Positions 8,563-18,453 of a stretch of DNA of 64,000 bases are shown in pieces. The translations under genes were made by a program, and so were the position numbers. Each line of letters opens with the position of its first letter. The first letter of the stretch is position 1. Source of the DNA: an uncultured Gemmatimonadales bacterium (GTDB lineage: Bacteria; Gemmatimonadota; Gemmatimonadetes; Longimicrobiales; RSA9); NCBI GenBank assembly GCA_963816355.1, contig CAWFKH010000006.1:320001-384000 (forward strand), in the 5' to 3' direction. The notes under the pieces were generated by a model that had not been told where the DNA came from, did no database searches, and saw nothing but the letters and a program-made list of their open reading frames with translations.

Positions 8563-9882
8563 ATGACCACGTACGAGCTGCTCGCCGTCGTCCTCACGCT
8601 GGCGGCGCTGCTCGGCTACGCGAACGAGCGCTGGCTGCGCCTCGGCACCGCGATCGGCGCGACGGTGGGCGGCCTCGTCACGTCGCTGCTCGCCATCGCG
8701 CTCACCCACTGGTGGATCGGTGCCGACGCGCTGCGCCAGACGCTCGGCGCGATCGACTTCAACACGATCGTGCTCCAGGGGCTGCTCAGCTTCCTCCTCT
8801 TCGCCGGCGCGCTCCAGGTCGACGTGGACAGCCTGCGCCGCCACCTCGGCTCCATCCTGACGCTCGCCACCGCCGGCACCGTGATCTCCACCGCCGCCGT
8901 CGCGCTGCTGATGCGTGCGGCCGCGGCCGCCGTCGGCCTCCACCTCGGCCTCGGCTCCGCGCTCCTCTTCGGCGCGCTCATCTCGCCCACCGACCCGGTC
9001 GCCGTGCTCGGCATCCTGCGGCGCACCCGCGCGCCGGAGGGCGTTCTCGCCACGATCACCGGTGAATCGCTCTTCAACGACGGCGTCGGCGTCGTGCTCT
9101 TTACGCTCATCCTCGGCGTCGTCGCCGCGCCGGCGCTCGCCGTGCCGATGCAGGCGGCGGGCGCCGCGGCGCACGCGACGATCGGCGCGGGCGACGTCGC
9201 GCTGCTCTTCGCCGAGGAGGCGGTCGGCGGCGTCGTCTTCGGCGCCGCGCTCGGGTGGGCGGCGAACGAGATGATGCGGCGCATCGACCGCTACCAGGTC
9301 GAGATCCTGATCACGCTCGCGGTGGCGACCGGCGGCTACGCGCTCGCGGGTCGGCTGCACACGTCGGGGCCGCTCGCGATGGTGACCGCCGGCCTGCTGG
9401 TCGGCGGCCGCGGCCGGCGCATCGCGATGTCGGTGCTGACGCGCGAGAGGCTCGAGGTGTTCTGGGAGGTGATCGACGAGATCCTCAACACGATCCTCTT
9501 CGTGCTGATCGGGCTCGAACTGCTCGTGCTCGACGTGCGGCCCGCGTACGTGCTGGCCGGCCTCGTCGCCGTCCCCGTCACGCTGCTCGCCCGCTTCCTC
9601 GCCGTCGGCGTGCCCGCCGTCGTGATCCGGCTGCGCCGCGAGATGCCGCACCACGCCGTACGCGTGATGACGTGGGGTGGCCTGCGCGGCGGCATCGCGA
9701 TCGCGCTCGCGTTGAGCGTGCCGCCGACCGCGGAGCGCGCTCCGCTCGTGGTCGCCACGTACGTCGTCGTCGTCTTCTCGATCCTCGTGCAGGGCCTGAC
9801 GATCGAGCGGCTGATGCGGCACGTCTACGGCGCCGGCGAAGCGGTGGGCGGCGCTCCGCTTCCCGAGGCGAAAGGGATCTGA
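8563..9882 (+). CDS. nhaP: CPA1 family Na+/H+ antiporter (NhaP-like)
   Basis: FGALISPTDPVAV, GESLFNDG, WGGLRGGI and SILVQGLT. Confidence 0.9.
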   Translation: MTTYELLAVVLTLAALLGYANERWLRLGTAIGATVGGLVTSLLAIALTHWWIGADALRQTLGAIDFNTIVLQGLLSFLLFAGALQVDVDSLRRHLGSILTLATAGTVISTAAVALLMRAAAAAVGLHLGLGSALLFGALISPTDPVAVLGILRRTRAPEGVLATITGESLFNDGVGVVLFTLILGVVAAPALAVPMQAAGAAAHATIGAGDVALLFAEEAVGGVVFGAALGWAANEMMRRIDRYQVEILITLAVATGGYALAGRLHTSGPLAMVTAGLLVGGRGRRIAMSVLTRERLEVFWEVIDEILNTILFVLIGLELLVLDVRPAYVLAGLVAVPVTLLARFLAVGVPAVVIRLRREMPHHAVRVMTWGGLRGGIAIALALSVPPTAERAPLVVATYVVVVFSILVQGLTIERLMRHVYGAGEAVGGAPLPEAKGI

Positions 9883-9972
9883 GCCCGCGCGCGAGATGCC
9901 GGCCGCGATCGATTCGCGACGAGCGCCGCGCGGCGCCGCGCGGCCACGCCGCGATGTCGTGCGACAAGAACA

Positions 9973-10001
9973 TTGACATTACCGCACGGAACCCGAAGAA
10001 T
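9973..10001 (+). promoter_or_regulatory. Sigma70-type promoter for the H1-like gene
   Basis: TTGACA - 17 nt - AAGAAT in an AT-rich patch. Confidence 0.55.
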
Positions 10002-10166
10002 TGTGTTCCAACCATACGCCTGCACGCGGATGCGCGGCCCACGGCGACCGCCGGGGAGGTCGCGGATCCGGACTCCGAGCGATCGACACCCGAAAGAAGT
10101 TCAAGCGCGAGGCGGCGGTACCCCGTAGTACGGGCAGTTGTGAACTCAACCAGGCGGGAGGCGAGT

Positions 10167-10511
10167 ATGGCACCGAAGAAGGCAGCACCGAAGAAGGCGG
10201 CGAAGAAGGCGCCGGCCAAGAAGGCGACCGCCGCGAAGAAGCCGGCCGCGAAGAAGTCCGCCAAGAAGCCGGCCGCGAAGAAGGCCGCGCCGAAGAAGGC
10301 CGCGCCGAAGAAGGCCGCGCCGAAGAAGGCCGCGCCGAAGAAGGCCGCGCCGAAGAAGGCCGCGAAGAAGACGACCGCCGCGAAGTCGGCGAAGAAGCCG
10401 GCCAAGAAGGCGGCCGCCAAGAAGCCCGCAGCGAAGAAGGCCGCGGCGAAGAAGCCCGCAGCGAAGAAGACGGCGAAGAAGCCGGCCAAGAAGGCCGTGA
10501 AGAGAAAGTAG
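10167..10511 (+). CDS. Histone H1-like Lys/Ala/Pro repeat nucleoid protein
   Basis: GGAGG RBS, ATG 10167; 114 aa made almost entirely of KKAAP/KKPAA repeats; has its own promoter and terminator. Confidence 0.85.
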   Translation: MAPKKAAPKKAAKKAPAKKATAAKKPAAKKSAKKPAAKKAAPKKAAPKKAAPKKAAPKKAAPKKAAKKTTAAKSAKKPAKKAAAKKPAAKKAAAKKPAAKKTAKKPAKKAVKRK

Positions 10512-10536
10512 ATCGCAGCAGATCGGCTGGACGTGA

Positions 10537-10571
10537 AAGAGCCCCGGTGAGGATCGCCGGGGCTCTTCTCT
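10537..10571 (+). terminator. Intrinsic terminator after the H1-like gene
   Basis: AAGAGCCCCGG/CCGGGGCTCTT stem followed by a pyrimidine tract. Confidence 0.65.
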
Positions 10572-10627
10572 GTCCTGGAGACAACGGAGCTATCGGAGGG
10601 GTGGACGCTTCGCGGCGAGGCTGAATT

Positions 10628-10946
10628 GCCGGTGGGTTCGTTTCACGGGGAGGGCGCGGAGGGCGCGGAGGAGTTCGCCGCCGGGAAAGCTCGCGGCGCG
10701 GGGCGAGCGGCGTCGCACTCGAGCCGCCGGTTATCTGTTGGGGTTTCGATGCGCGACGCCCGTTCGCAGCCGAAGAAACCCACCCAGAAGAAGAATGCAG
10801 GCCGTGCCGCGCGCATCTCGCGATACGCCGGTTCCCCTCCGCGTCCTCCGCGCCCTCCGCGAGAAACCACCCCGCGTCCTCCGCGAGAAACGCGGCGCCT
10901 CCGCGTGAAACGCGGCGCCTCCGCGTGAAACGCCGCGCCCTCCGCG
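10628..10946 (+). repeat. MITE/REP-like dispersed element, copy 1
   Basis: 30-nt inverted arms at 10641-10670 and 10837-10866 (27/30 match), extra CTCCGCGTGAAA units on the right; homologous along its length to 17800-18092 in the opposite orientation. Confidence 0.75.
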
Positions 10947-10960
10947 TTCGCGCGCTCCTG

Positions 10961-12299
10961 CTAGGGTGCGCCCGGGTAGTCGCGCTCGTCCGCACCAATG
11001 TAGATCTGGCGCGGGCGCGCGATTTTCTGCTCGGGGTCGACGAGCATCTCCTGCCACTGCGCGAGCCAGCCGGCGACGCGCGGGATCGCGAAGAGGACGG
11101 GGAACATGTCGACCGGCAGTCCCATCGCCTGATAGATGATGCCGGAGTAGAAGTCGACGTTCGGGTAGAGCTTGCGGGAGACGAAGTAGTCGTCCTCGAG
11201 GCTGATCCGCTCGAGCTCGAGCGCGATGTCGAGGAGCGGATTGCGGCCGGTCACCTCGAAGACCTGCGGCGCGAGCGCCTTGAGGATGCGGGCGCGGGGG
11301 TCGTAGTTCTTGTAGACGCGGTGGCCGAAGCCCATGAGTCGGAACTCGCCCTTCTTCACGCGTTCGATGTAGCCCGGCACGTTCTCCCTGGAGCCGATCT
11401 CCGTGAGCATGCGCAGGACCTGCTCGTTGGCGCCGCCGTGGAGCGGGCCGTAGAGCGCGGCCGCGGCGGCGGCGACGGAGACGTAGGGGTCGGCGTGTGA
11501 GCTGCCGACGTTGCGCATCGCGCTCGTGCTGCAGTTCTGTTCGTGGTCGGCGTGGAGGATGAAGAGCACGTCGAGCGTGTGCTCGAGGACCGGGTCCGGC
11601 TCGTACTTCAGCTCCGTCGCCTTGAACATCATGTTGAGGAAGTTGTCCGGTGAAGCTGAGGTCGTTGTCCGGGTAGGCGTACGGCATGCCGACGCTGTGG
11701 CGGTGCGCGAAGGCGGCGATCGTCGGCATCTTCGCGATGAGCCGGTGGATCTGGATGCGGCGGTTGTCCGCGTCGTGGATGTTGCGCGACTCCGGGTAGA
11801 ACGTGGAGAGCCCGGCGACGGTGCTGACGAGCACGCCCATCGGGTGCGCGTCGTGGTGGAAGCCGTCCATGAACTTCTTTATGCTCTCGTGGATGAAGGT
11901 GTGGTGCGTGATGTCCCACACCCAGCGCGCGTACTCGTCCTCGTTCGGCAGCTCGCCGTGGATCAACAGGTAGGCGACCTCGAGGAAGTTGCTCCGCTCG
12001 GCGAGCTGCTCGATGGGGTAGCCGCGGTAGCGCAGGATCCCGCGGTCGCCGTCGATGAACGTGATCGCGCTCTTGCACGACGCCGTGTTCATGAACGCGG
12101 GATCGTAGCTCATCAGCCCGAAGTCCTCCTCCGAGCCCTTGATGCGGCGCAGCTCGGCGCCGCGGATGTAGGCGCCGTAGTCGTGATAAATGCCGTAGTC
12201 GACCGGCAGCTCGAGGGTGTTTCCCGTGCGCTCGTCGCGCAGGCTGACGGTGTTCGTTCCCCTGGCTCCGTTGTCGGGGGCTTCGTTCGTGTCGGCCAT
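10961..12299 (-). CDS. gltA: Citrate synthase (type II), frameshifted near 11646
   Basis: [68 protein letters not shown]. Removing one base restores SFT(G/D)NFLNMMF. Confidence 0.92.
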
Positions 12300-12558
12300 C
12301 TTCGTGTCCCGTGTATCGCGGATCCGGGCCGGCCGCCCGGATGGCGCCGGCTTTCGCTCGCGGAGGCGCGGCACTCGCCCGCCGCCGCAGGACAGAATGG
12401 TACGGCATCACGCCGTTTCGGGCGAGGCTCGACGCCCGGCGGCGGCGAAGGCGTCGCGGTCCGCAGGCGCTCGGACGACGTCGCCATGCCGCGCCGCGGT
12501 TGCGCGCGACGTCCTCGGCCGGATAGAGTCCCGTGCCCCCATCACGACGGAGGATCCG

Positions 12559-14643
12559 ATGATGCGCAGGATGCTGCCCCTGCTCGCCGCCGCGCTGCTG
12601 GCGCCGACGGCCACGCGCGCGCAACTCCCCGCGGGCGCGACCGCGGGCGACCGCTTCACCGCCGGCGACGTCTTCCAGCTCGAGTGGGCGGAGGACCCGC
12701 AGATCTCGCCGGACGGCGGCCGCGTCGTCTACGCCCGCTCCTTTTACGACGTCATGAAGGACCGCTCGCGCTCGAACCTGTGGCTGCTGTCCGCGGACGG
12801 CTCGAGCGCGCGCGCGCTGACGACCGGGATGCACGACTTCGGCTCGCCGCGCTGGTCGCCGGACGGCGGCCGCATCGCCTACGTCTCCAGCGTGGACGGC
12901 GGCGCCCAGATCTGGGTGCGCTGGCTCGACACCGGCCAGGAGGCGGAGCTGACGCACCTCGAGCGCGGCCCGCGCGGCCTGAGCTGGTCCCCGGACGGCC
13001 GATGGCTCGCGTTTGCGATGTTCGTGCCGGACCCGCCGAAGCCGCCCGCGGCGATGCCGCCGAAGCCGGAGGGCGCCGACTGGGGCCCGCCGATCAAGTA
13101 CATCGAGTCGATCCACTACCGTCAGAACGGCGCCGGCTACCTCGAGGAGGGGCACACGCACCTCTTCGTGCTGCCGGCGCAGGGCGGCACCGCGCGCCAG
13201 GTCACCGACGGCCCCTTCGACGATGGCGCGCCGGTGTGGGCGCCGGACGGCAAGAGCCTGATCTTCTCGGCGAACCGGCACGAGAACGCCGAGTACGAGC
13301 CGGCGAACAGCGAGGTGTACGAGGTGAGTCTCGACGGCGGGACGGTCCGCGCCCTCACCGACCGCAAGGGGCCGGACGGCGACCCCGCGCTCTCGCCGGA
13401 CGGAAAGAGCATCGCCTACACCGGCTACGACGAGCGCTACCAGGGCTACCAGCTCACGCACCTCTACGTGATGGCGCGGGACGGCTCCGGCAGCCGCATG
13501 ATCGCCGGCGACTTCGACCGCGACGTGCAGAGCCCGGCCTGGAGTGCGGACGGCCGCTCGATCTACTTCCAGTACGACGACCGCGGCGACACCCGCCTCG
13601 CGCGCGTCTCCCTCGACGGCCACGTCACGGACCTCGCCGCGCACGTCGGCGGCGTCTCGATCGGCCGCCCCTACACCGGCGGCTCCTTCTCCGTCGGCGG
13701 CGGCGCGTACGCCTTCACGCTCGGCGCGCCGGACCATCCCGCCGACGTCGCCGTCGGCCGCGCGGGCCGCGAGCCGCGTCGTCTGACCGACCTGAACGAG
13801 GACCTGCTGGGGCACAAGAAGCTCGGCACGCTGGACACGCTCGTCTTCAAGTCGTCGTTCGACCAGCGCGAGATCCAGGGCTGGATCCTGAAGCCGCCCG
13901 GCTTCGACGCGAGCCGCAAGTACCCGCTCGTGCTCGAGATCCACGGCGGCCCCTTCGCCGCCTACGGCCCCTGGTTCGCCGCCGAGGACCAGCTCTACGC
14001 CAGCGCCGGCTACGTCGTGCTCTACCTCAACCCGCGCGGCAGCACCAGCTACGGCGAGGAGTTCGGCAACCTGATCCACCACGACTACCCGGACCACGAC
14101 TACGACGACTTGATGTCCGGCGTCGACGCGCTCGTCGGCCGCGGCTACATCGACCCGCAGCGGCTCTTCGTCACCGGTGGCAGCGGCGGCGGCGTGCTCA
14201 CGGCGTGGATCGTCGGCCACACCGACCGCTTCCGCGCGGCCGTCGTGCAAAAGCCGGTGATCAACTGGTACAGCTTCGTCCTCACCGCGGACGGCATCCC
14301 GTTCTTCTCCCGCTACTGGTTCCCCGGCCCGCCGTGGGAGAACCTCGAGCAGTACATGAAGCGTTCGCCGATCTCGTACGTCGGGAACGTGAAGACGCCG
14401 ACGATGCTCGTCACCGGCGAGGTCGACTACCGCACGCCGAGCGAGGAGGCGGAGCAGTTCTACGCGGGGCTGAAGCTGCGCAAGATCCCGACGGCGATGG
14501 TGCGCATCCCGGATGCGTCGCACGACATCGCGGCGCACCCCAGCAACATGATCGCGAAGGTCGCCTACATCCTCGACTGGTTCGCGAAGTACGGCGGCCA
14601 GCCCGCGTCCGCGCAGGCGCGGCAGGCGACGCCGCAGCGCTGA
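12559..14643 (+). CDS. S9 family (acylaminoacyl/dipeptidyl) peptidase with PD40 propeller, exported
   Basis: GGAGG RBS, signal peptide, WSPDG repeats, IHGGP, NPRGSTSYG, nucleophile GGSGGG, catalytic Asp (EVDYR) and His (ASHD). Confidence 0.92.
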   Translation: MMRRMLPLLAAALLAPTATRAQLPAGATAGDRFTAGDVFQLEWAEDPQISPDGGRVVYARSFYDVMKDRSRSNLWLLSADGSSARALTTGMHDFGSPRWSPDGGRIAYVSSVDGGAQIWVRWLDTGQEAELTHLERGPRGLSWSPDGRWLAFAMFVPDPPKPPAAMPPKPEGADWGPPIKYIESIHYRQNGAGYLEEGHTHLFVLPAQGGTARQVTDGPFDDGAPVWAPDGKSLIFSANRHENAEYEPANSEVYEVSLDGGTVRALTDRKGPDGDPALSPDGKSIAYTGYDERYQGYQLTHLYVMARDGSGSRMIAGDFDRDVQSPAWSADGRSIYFQYDDRGDTRLARVSLDGHVTDLAAHVGGVSIGRPYTGGSFSVGGGAYAFTLGAPDHPADVAVGRAGREPRRLTDLNEDLLGHKKLGTLDTLVFKSSFDQREIQGWILKPPGFDASRKYPLVLEIHGGPFAAYGPWFAAEDQLYASAGYVVLYLNPRGSTSYGEEFGNLIHHDYPDHDYDDLMSGVDALVGRGYIDPQRLFVTGGSGGGVLTAWIVGHTDRFRAAVVQKPVINWYSFVLTADGIPFFSRYWFPGPPWENLEQYMKRSPISYVGNVKTPTMLVTGEVDYRTPSEEAEQFYAGLKLRKIPTAMVRIPDASHDIAAHPSNMIAKVAYILDWFAKYGGQPASAQARQATPQR

Positions 14644-14730
14644 CCACGCGGCGTCTCCCGGCGACGCGGCCGCCTCCGGTCGCGTCCCGCGCGGTCGCGC
14701 CCGGCGCGGTCGCGTCCCGCGCTCACGGCT

Positions 14731-17340
14731 TCACGCCTCGCCGCGGATCGTGAGCGCGGGGTCGACGCGGCTCGAGCGCCGAGCCGGGACGTAGGCGCCG
14801 AGCACGGCGGCGAGGATGAGCAGAGCGGCGGCCGCGGCGTAGGCCGCCGGGTCGAAGCGCGTCACGCCGTACAGCACCGACTGCAGGAAGCGGGTGGCGA
14901 GCGCGGCGGCGAGGACGCCGGCGAGCACGCCGCCCGCCGCCATGCCGGCGGCGCCCCGCATCACCTGGAGCTGGACGCCGCCCGGCGTGGCGCCGAGCGC
15001 CATGCGCAGCCCGATCTCGTAGTGCCGCGTCGCGACGTTGTAGGCGATCACGCCGTAGATGCCGACGCCGGCGAGCACGAGCGCGATCGCCGCGAAGAAG
15101 AGGAGCGCGAACATCGCGAAGCGGCGGTCGGAGGCGCTGTCGGTGATGCGGCCCTCGACGGTGCCGAACTCCGCCGGCGTTCCCGGCTCGATCTGACGCA
15201 GCCGCGCCCGCACCGGCGCGATCGCCGCTCGCGGGTCGCCGATCGTGCGCAGGAACGCGACGATCCGGTCGCTCGCCTCCTGCGGCTGCTGCGCCATCGG
15301 CACGTAGATCTCGTTCTGCTCGCCGCGTTTCATCGACCAGCTCGACGCCTCCGCCACGACGCCCACCACCGTGTAGTAGACGCCGACGCGGTAGTTGCTC
15401 GCCACCCGCTTCCCGATCGGGTCCTCGCCCGGCCACAGCGCGCGCGCGACGCCCGGCGTCACGACGGCGACGGGGACGCGGCCCGCGCGGTCGTCGGCGC
15501 TGAAGCCGCGGCCGCTCACGATGCGCTGGCGCAGGACCGTGAAGTAGTCCGCCGATACGACGCGGTATCCCGCGAGCGCAAGCCAGTCGTGGTCGATCGG
15601 ATCGCCCGGCCGGATCACCGGCGCCGAGTGCATCCCCCACTGCAGCGGCATCTGCGTCGAGTACGCGACGCCCCGCACGCCCGGCACCGCCGCCAGCTGC
15701 TCACGGAGGCGCGACAGAGCGTCCGCGCTCGCGTTCGGCCCCTCCGGCGACAGCTCGATCGTCATCACGTGGCGCGGGTCGAAGCCGGGGTCCGCGCTCA
15801 CGATGTTGTGGAACGTGCGAACGAGCAGCGCCGATCCGACGAGCAGCACCACCGCCATCGCGATCTCGAAGCCGATCAGGCCTCGCCACACGTTCGCGCG
15901 GATGGCGACGTCGCCGCCGCGACCCGCGCCGCGCAACGCCCGCCCCGGGTTCCCCGCCGCCATCCGCCATGCGGGATACAGCCCGATCAGCAGCGACGTC
16001 GCCACCGTGATCGCGCCGACGAACACGAGCACCGGCCCGTTCACGCTCAGCTCCTCCAGCCGCGGCACCAGGCCGGCGCCGAGCAGCCGGACCACGCGCG
16101 TCAGGACGAGCGCGAAGAGCACCCCGAGCACGCCGCCCGCCAGCGCCAGCACGCCGCTCTCCACCAGGAGCTGCCGCACGATGCGCCGCCGCGCCGCGCC
16201 GAGCGCCGAGCGCACCGCGATCTCGAGGCGGCGCCGCATGCCGCGCGCGAGCTGCGCGGTCACCAGGTTCGTGCACGCGACCAGCAGAACGAGCGCCGCG
16301 GCGCCGAACACGATCGACAGCAGCAGCCGGTAGTCGCCCACCAGGTACTCTCGCAGCGGCGTGACGTCGGCGTCCACCGCGTCCGTCTCGTTGCCGTACT
16401 GGAGCGCGAGCCGGCGCGAGAGATCGCCCATCTCCCGCCGCGCCGCCGCGAGCGTCGCGCCCGGCGCCAGCCGCGCGACCACGTCGTAGGCGTGCGCGCT
16501 GCGGACGGTGCCGGGCCCCTGCTCGTGCGGGAAGTAGACGTCGACCGGGCGCTCGAAACGGAAGCCCGCCGGCAGCACCCCGACGACGTCGCACGAGGTG
16601 CCGTCCACAGTGATCGCGCCCAGGGGCGTCCGGCCGCCGTACTGCGTCTCCCAGACCGCGTGCGACAACATCACCACGCACGGGCCGCCCGGCCGGTTCT
16701 CGTCCGCCGTGAAGGCGCGCCCCACCGCCGGCCGCACGCCGAGCGTGCGGAAGAAGTCCCGCGACACGCCCAGCTCCGTCACCCGGTAGGCGTCGCGCCC
16801 CACCCGCACCGTGCCGGCGTCGGGACCGCGCGTCGAGGCGATCGCGGAGAAGGAGCGCGCCTGCGAGCGCCAGTCGTCGAAGTTCTCATACGACGCCGCC
16901 GTCAGCCGCCCCTGCCGCGTGCGCTCCCGGATCAGCACCAGCCGCTCCGCGTGCGCGTACGGCAACGGCCGCAGCAGCACCGTGTCCAGCACCGTGAAGC
17001 CCACCGTCGTCGCGCCGATCCCGAGCGCCAGCGTCACCAGCGCCAGCGCCGTGAACCCGCTCTGCTTGCGCAGCGTGCGAACCGCCCAGCGTACGTCCTG
17101 CATGCCCCCCTCCATGACACGTGTACCGCGCTCGTCGCGCGTCATCTCCGCGATGCGCAGCGGATCGCCGAACCGCTCCGCCGCCACCGCGCGCGCTTCC
17201 CCCGTGTTCCGACCTCGACGGAGCTGCCGCGCCGTCTCCATCTCCAAATGGAAGCGGAACTCCTCCTCCATCTCGCGATCCCTCGCACCGCCCCGGAACT
17301 GCGCGGAGAGCCGCTCCCGAACCGCATGCACCCAGCCCAT
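14731..17340 (-). CDS. ADOP-type duplicated MacB/FtsX ABC permease
   Basis: Prefix domain EEEFRFHLEM, DVRWAVRTLRK..GF, two MacB_PCD-FtsX halves, EIGLRMALGA, PARR..RVDP. Confidence 0.9.
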   Translation of the reverse strand: MGWVHAVRERLSAQFRGGARDREMEEEFRFHLEMETARQLRRGRNTGEARAVAAERFGDPLRIAEMTRDERGTRVMEGGMQDVRWAVRTLRKQSGFTALALVTLALGIGATTVGFTVLDTVLLRPLPYAHAERLVLIRERTRQGRLTAASYENFDDWRSQARSFSAIASTRGPDAGTVRVGRDAYRVTELGVSRDFFRTLGVRPAVGRAFTADENRPGGPCVVMLSHAVWETQYGGRTPLGAITVDGTSCDVVGVLPAGFRFERPVDVYFPHEQGPGTVRSAHAYDVVARLAPGATLAAARREMGDLSRRLALQYGNETDAVDADVTPLREYLVGDYRLLLSIVFGAAALVLLVACTNLVTAQLARGMRRRLEIAVRSALGAARRRIVRQLLVESGVLALAGGVLGVLFALVLTRVVRLLGAGLVPRLEELSVNGPVLVFVGAITVATSLLIGLYPAWRMAAGNPGRALRGAGRGGDVAIRANVWRGLIGFEIAMAVVLLVGSALLVRTFHNIVSADPGFDPRHVMTIELSPEGPNASADALSRLREQLAAVPGVRGVAYSTQMPLQWGMHSAPVIRPGDPIDHDWLALAGYRVVSADYFTVLRQRIVSGRGFSADDRAGRVPVAVVTPGVARALWPGEDPIGKRVASNYRVGVYYTVVGVVAEASSWSMKRGEQNEIYVPMAQQPQEASDRIVAFLRTIGDPRAAIAPVRARLRQIEPGTPAEFGTVEGRITDSASDRRFAMFALLFFAAIALVLAGVGIYGVIAYNVATRHYEIGLRMALGATPGGVQLQVMRGAAGMAAGGVLAGVLAAALATRFLQSVLYGVTRFDPAAYAAAAALLILAAVLGAYVPARRSSRVDPALTIRGEA

Positions 17341-17341
17341 C

Positions 17342-17686
17342 TCACGCCTCTCCCGGCGCCGCGCGCAGCACCCGCTCGACGCCCGCCATGGCACCCCGCC
17401 ACCACGCCACCTCCGCCTCCAGCTGCCGCCGCCCCGCCCCCGTCAGGCTGTAGTAGCGCGCCCGCCGCCCGCTCTCCGTGCGGCGCCACGCCGACGTCAC
17501 CCAGCCCCGCCGCAGAAGCCGTTGCAGCGCCGGGTACACCACCCCCTGCTGCACCACGAACGCCTCCCCCGACAGTCGCTCGATCCGCTCCGAGATCCCC
17601 CAGCCGTGCATCGCGCCGAGACTGAGCGCCTTCAGGATCAGCATGTCGAACGTGCCCGGCAGAAGCTCCCCGTGCGCCCGCGCCAT
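17342..17686 (-). CDS. PadR family transcriptional regulator (acidobacterial type)
   Basis: LLPGTFDMLILKAL..HGWGI..YPALQRL..RRARYYSLT; immediately upstream of the ADOP permease. Confidence 0.92.
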   Translation of the reverse strand: MARAHGELLPGTFDMLILKALSLGAMHGWGISERIERLSGEAFVVQQGVVYPALQRLLRRGWVTSAWRRTESGRRARYYSLTGAGRRQLEAEVAWWRGAMAGVERVLRAAPGEA

Positions 17687-17723
17687 CGGCCCTTCGCCTC
17701 TCGTCTTGCGCCCGTGTTCGCGT

Positions 17724-17742
17724 CCTGTAAGAAGCACACAGG
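17724..17742. promoter_or_regulatory. Candidate PadR operator palindrome
   Basis: CCTGT-N9-ACAGG next to an AT-rich -10-like patch, ~40 nt upstream of the padR start. Confidence 0.4.
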
Positions 17743-17799
17743 TAGGCAATATACTGAATATGGACACTGGGCGCGACCGGATGGTTGCGCCGGAGAGGG

Positions 17800-18092
17800 A
17801 GGACGCGGCGTCTCTCGCGGAGGCGCGCCGCGTTTCGACGCGGAGGGCGCGGGGGGTTTTCACGCGGAGGGCGCGGAGGCCGCGGAGGGGGGACCGGCGT
17901 AACGCAGCGTGCGTGGCACGGCCTACATTGCATTTCTGGGTGGTTCTTCGGCTGCGAACGGGCGTCGCGCGACGAGACCGCAACAGAAGACCGGCGGCTT
18001 CAGTGCGATGCCGTTCGCCACACGCGGCGACCCCGCCCGGCGACGAACCCTCCGCGCCCCCCGCGCCCTCCGCGTGAAACGACCCCACCGGC
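17800..18092 (-). repeat. MITE/REP-like dispersed element, copy 2 (inverted relative to copy 1)
   Basis: Inverted arms at 17858-17887 and 18050-18079; core 17944-17970 is the exact reverse complement of 10751-10777. Confidence 0.75.
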
Positions 18093-18360
18093 GACCCAGC
18101 TCCGCCGCGACCAATGTGAAGCCCCGGCTTGCCAGCCGCGCCGTCGACGCACCATGTCCGGCCTTCCCACCGCGTCCTCCTTGACTCGCGGCGCCGGCGG
18201 CAGCACGGTTGAGCAGGGTGAACGCCCGCCGGACCAACAGATCGGGATCGGCGTTCGCCGGCGCGCACGACGACACGCCCGCCCCGGGGGGCAGGACCTC
18301 GGACCGCGCCGCGCGGGGGCCCAGCCGTGGAAGAGAGGGATCCGGGCAGCGCGACCCCGA

Positions 18361-18400
18361 GGGGCGCGGCGTCGGTGAGACCGACGCCGCGCTCCGTTTT
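18361..18400 (+). terminator. Strong intrinsic terminator-like hairpin upstream of tesB
   Basis: GGGGCGCGGCGTCGG-TGAGA-CCGACGCCGCGCTCC followed by GTTTT. Confidence 0.6.
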
Positions 18401-18453
18401 CGTGCCGGCGCCCGTGGTGCCGGCCAGCCGTGTCGACGCGGAGGGTGGGGAAC

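Noticed and set aside
9578..10624. FFGAA-repeat (minus strand) and EEGR-repeat (plus strand) ORFs
   Set aside because: Antisense and shifted readings of the PAKK repeat gene, which has the RBS, promoter and terminator.
11630..11660. Programmed frameshift or true pseudogenisation of gltA
   Set aside because: No slippery heptamer and no other decay; similar isolated indels elsewhere in the window point to sequencing error.
18210..18400. 6S RNA, SRP RNA or a known riboswitch
   Set aside because: No end-to-end rod with a central bubble, no SRP GGAA/AGCAG loop, and no TPP/SAM/B12/FMN consensus recognised; kept only as an unassigned candidate.
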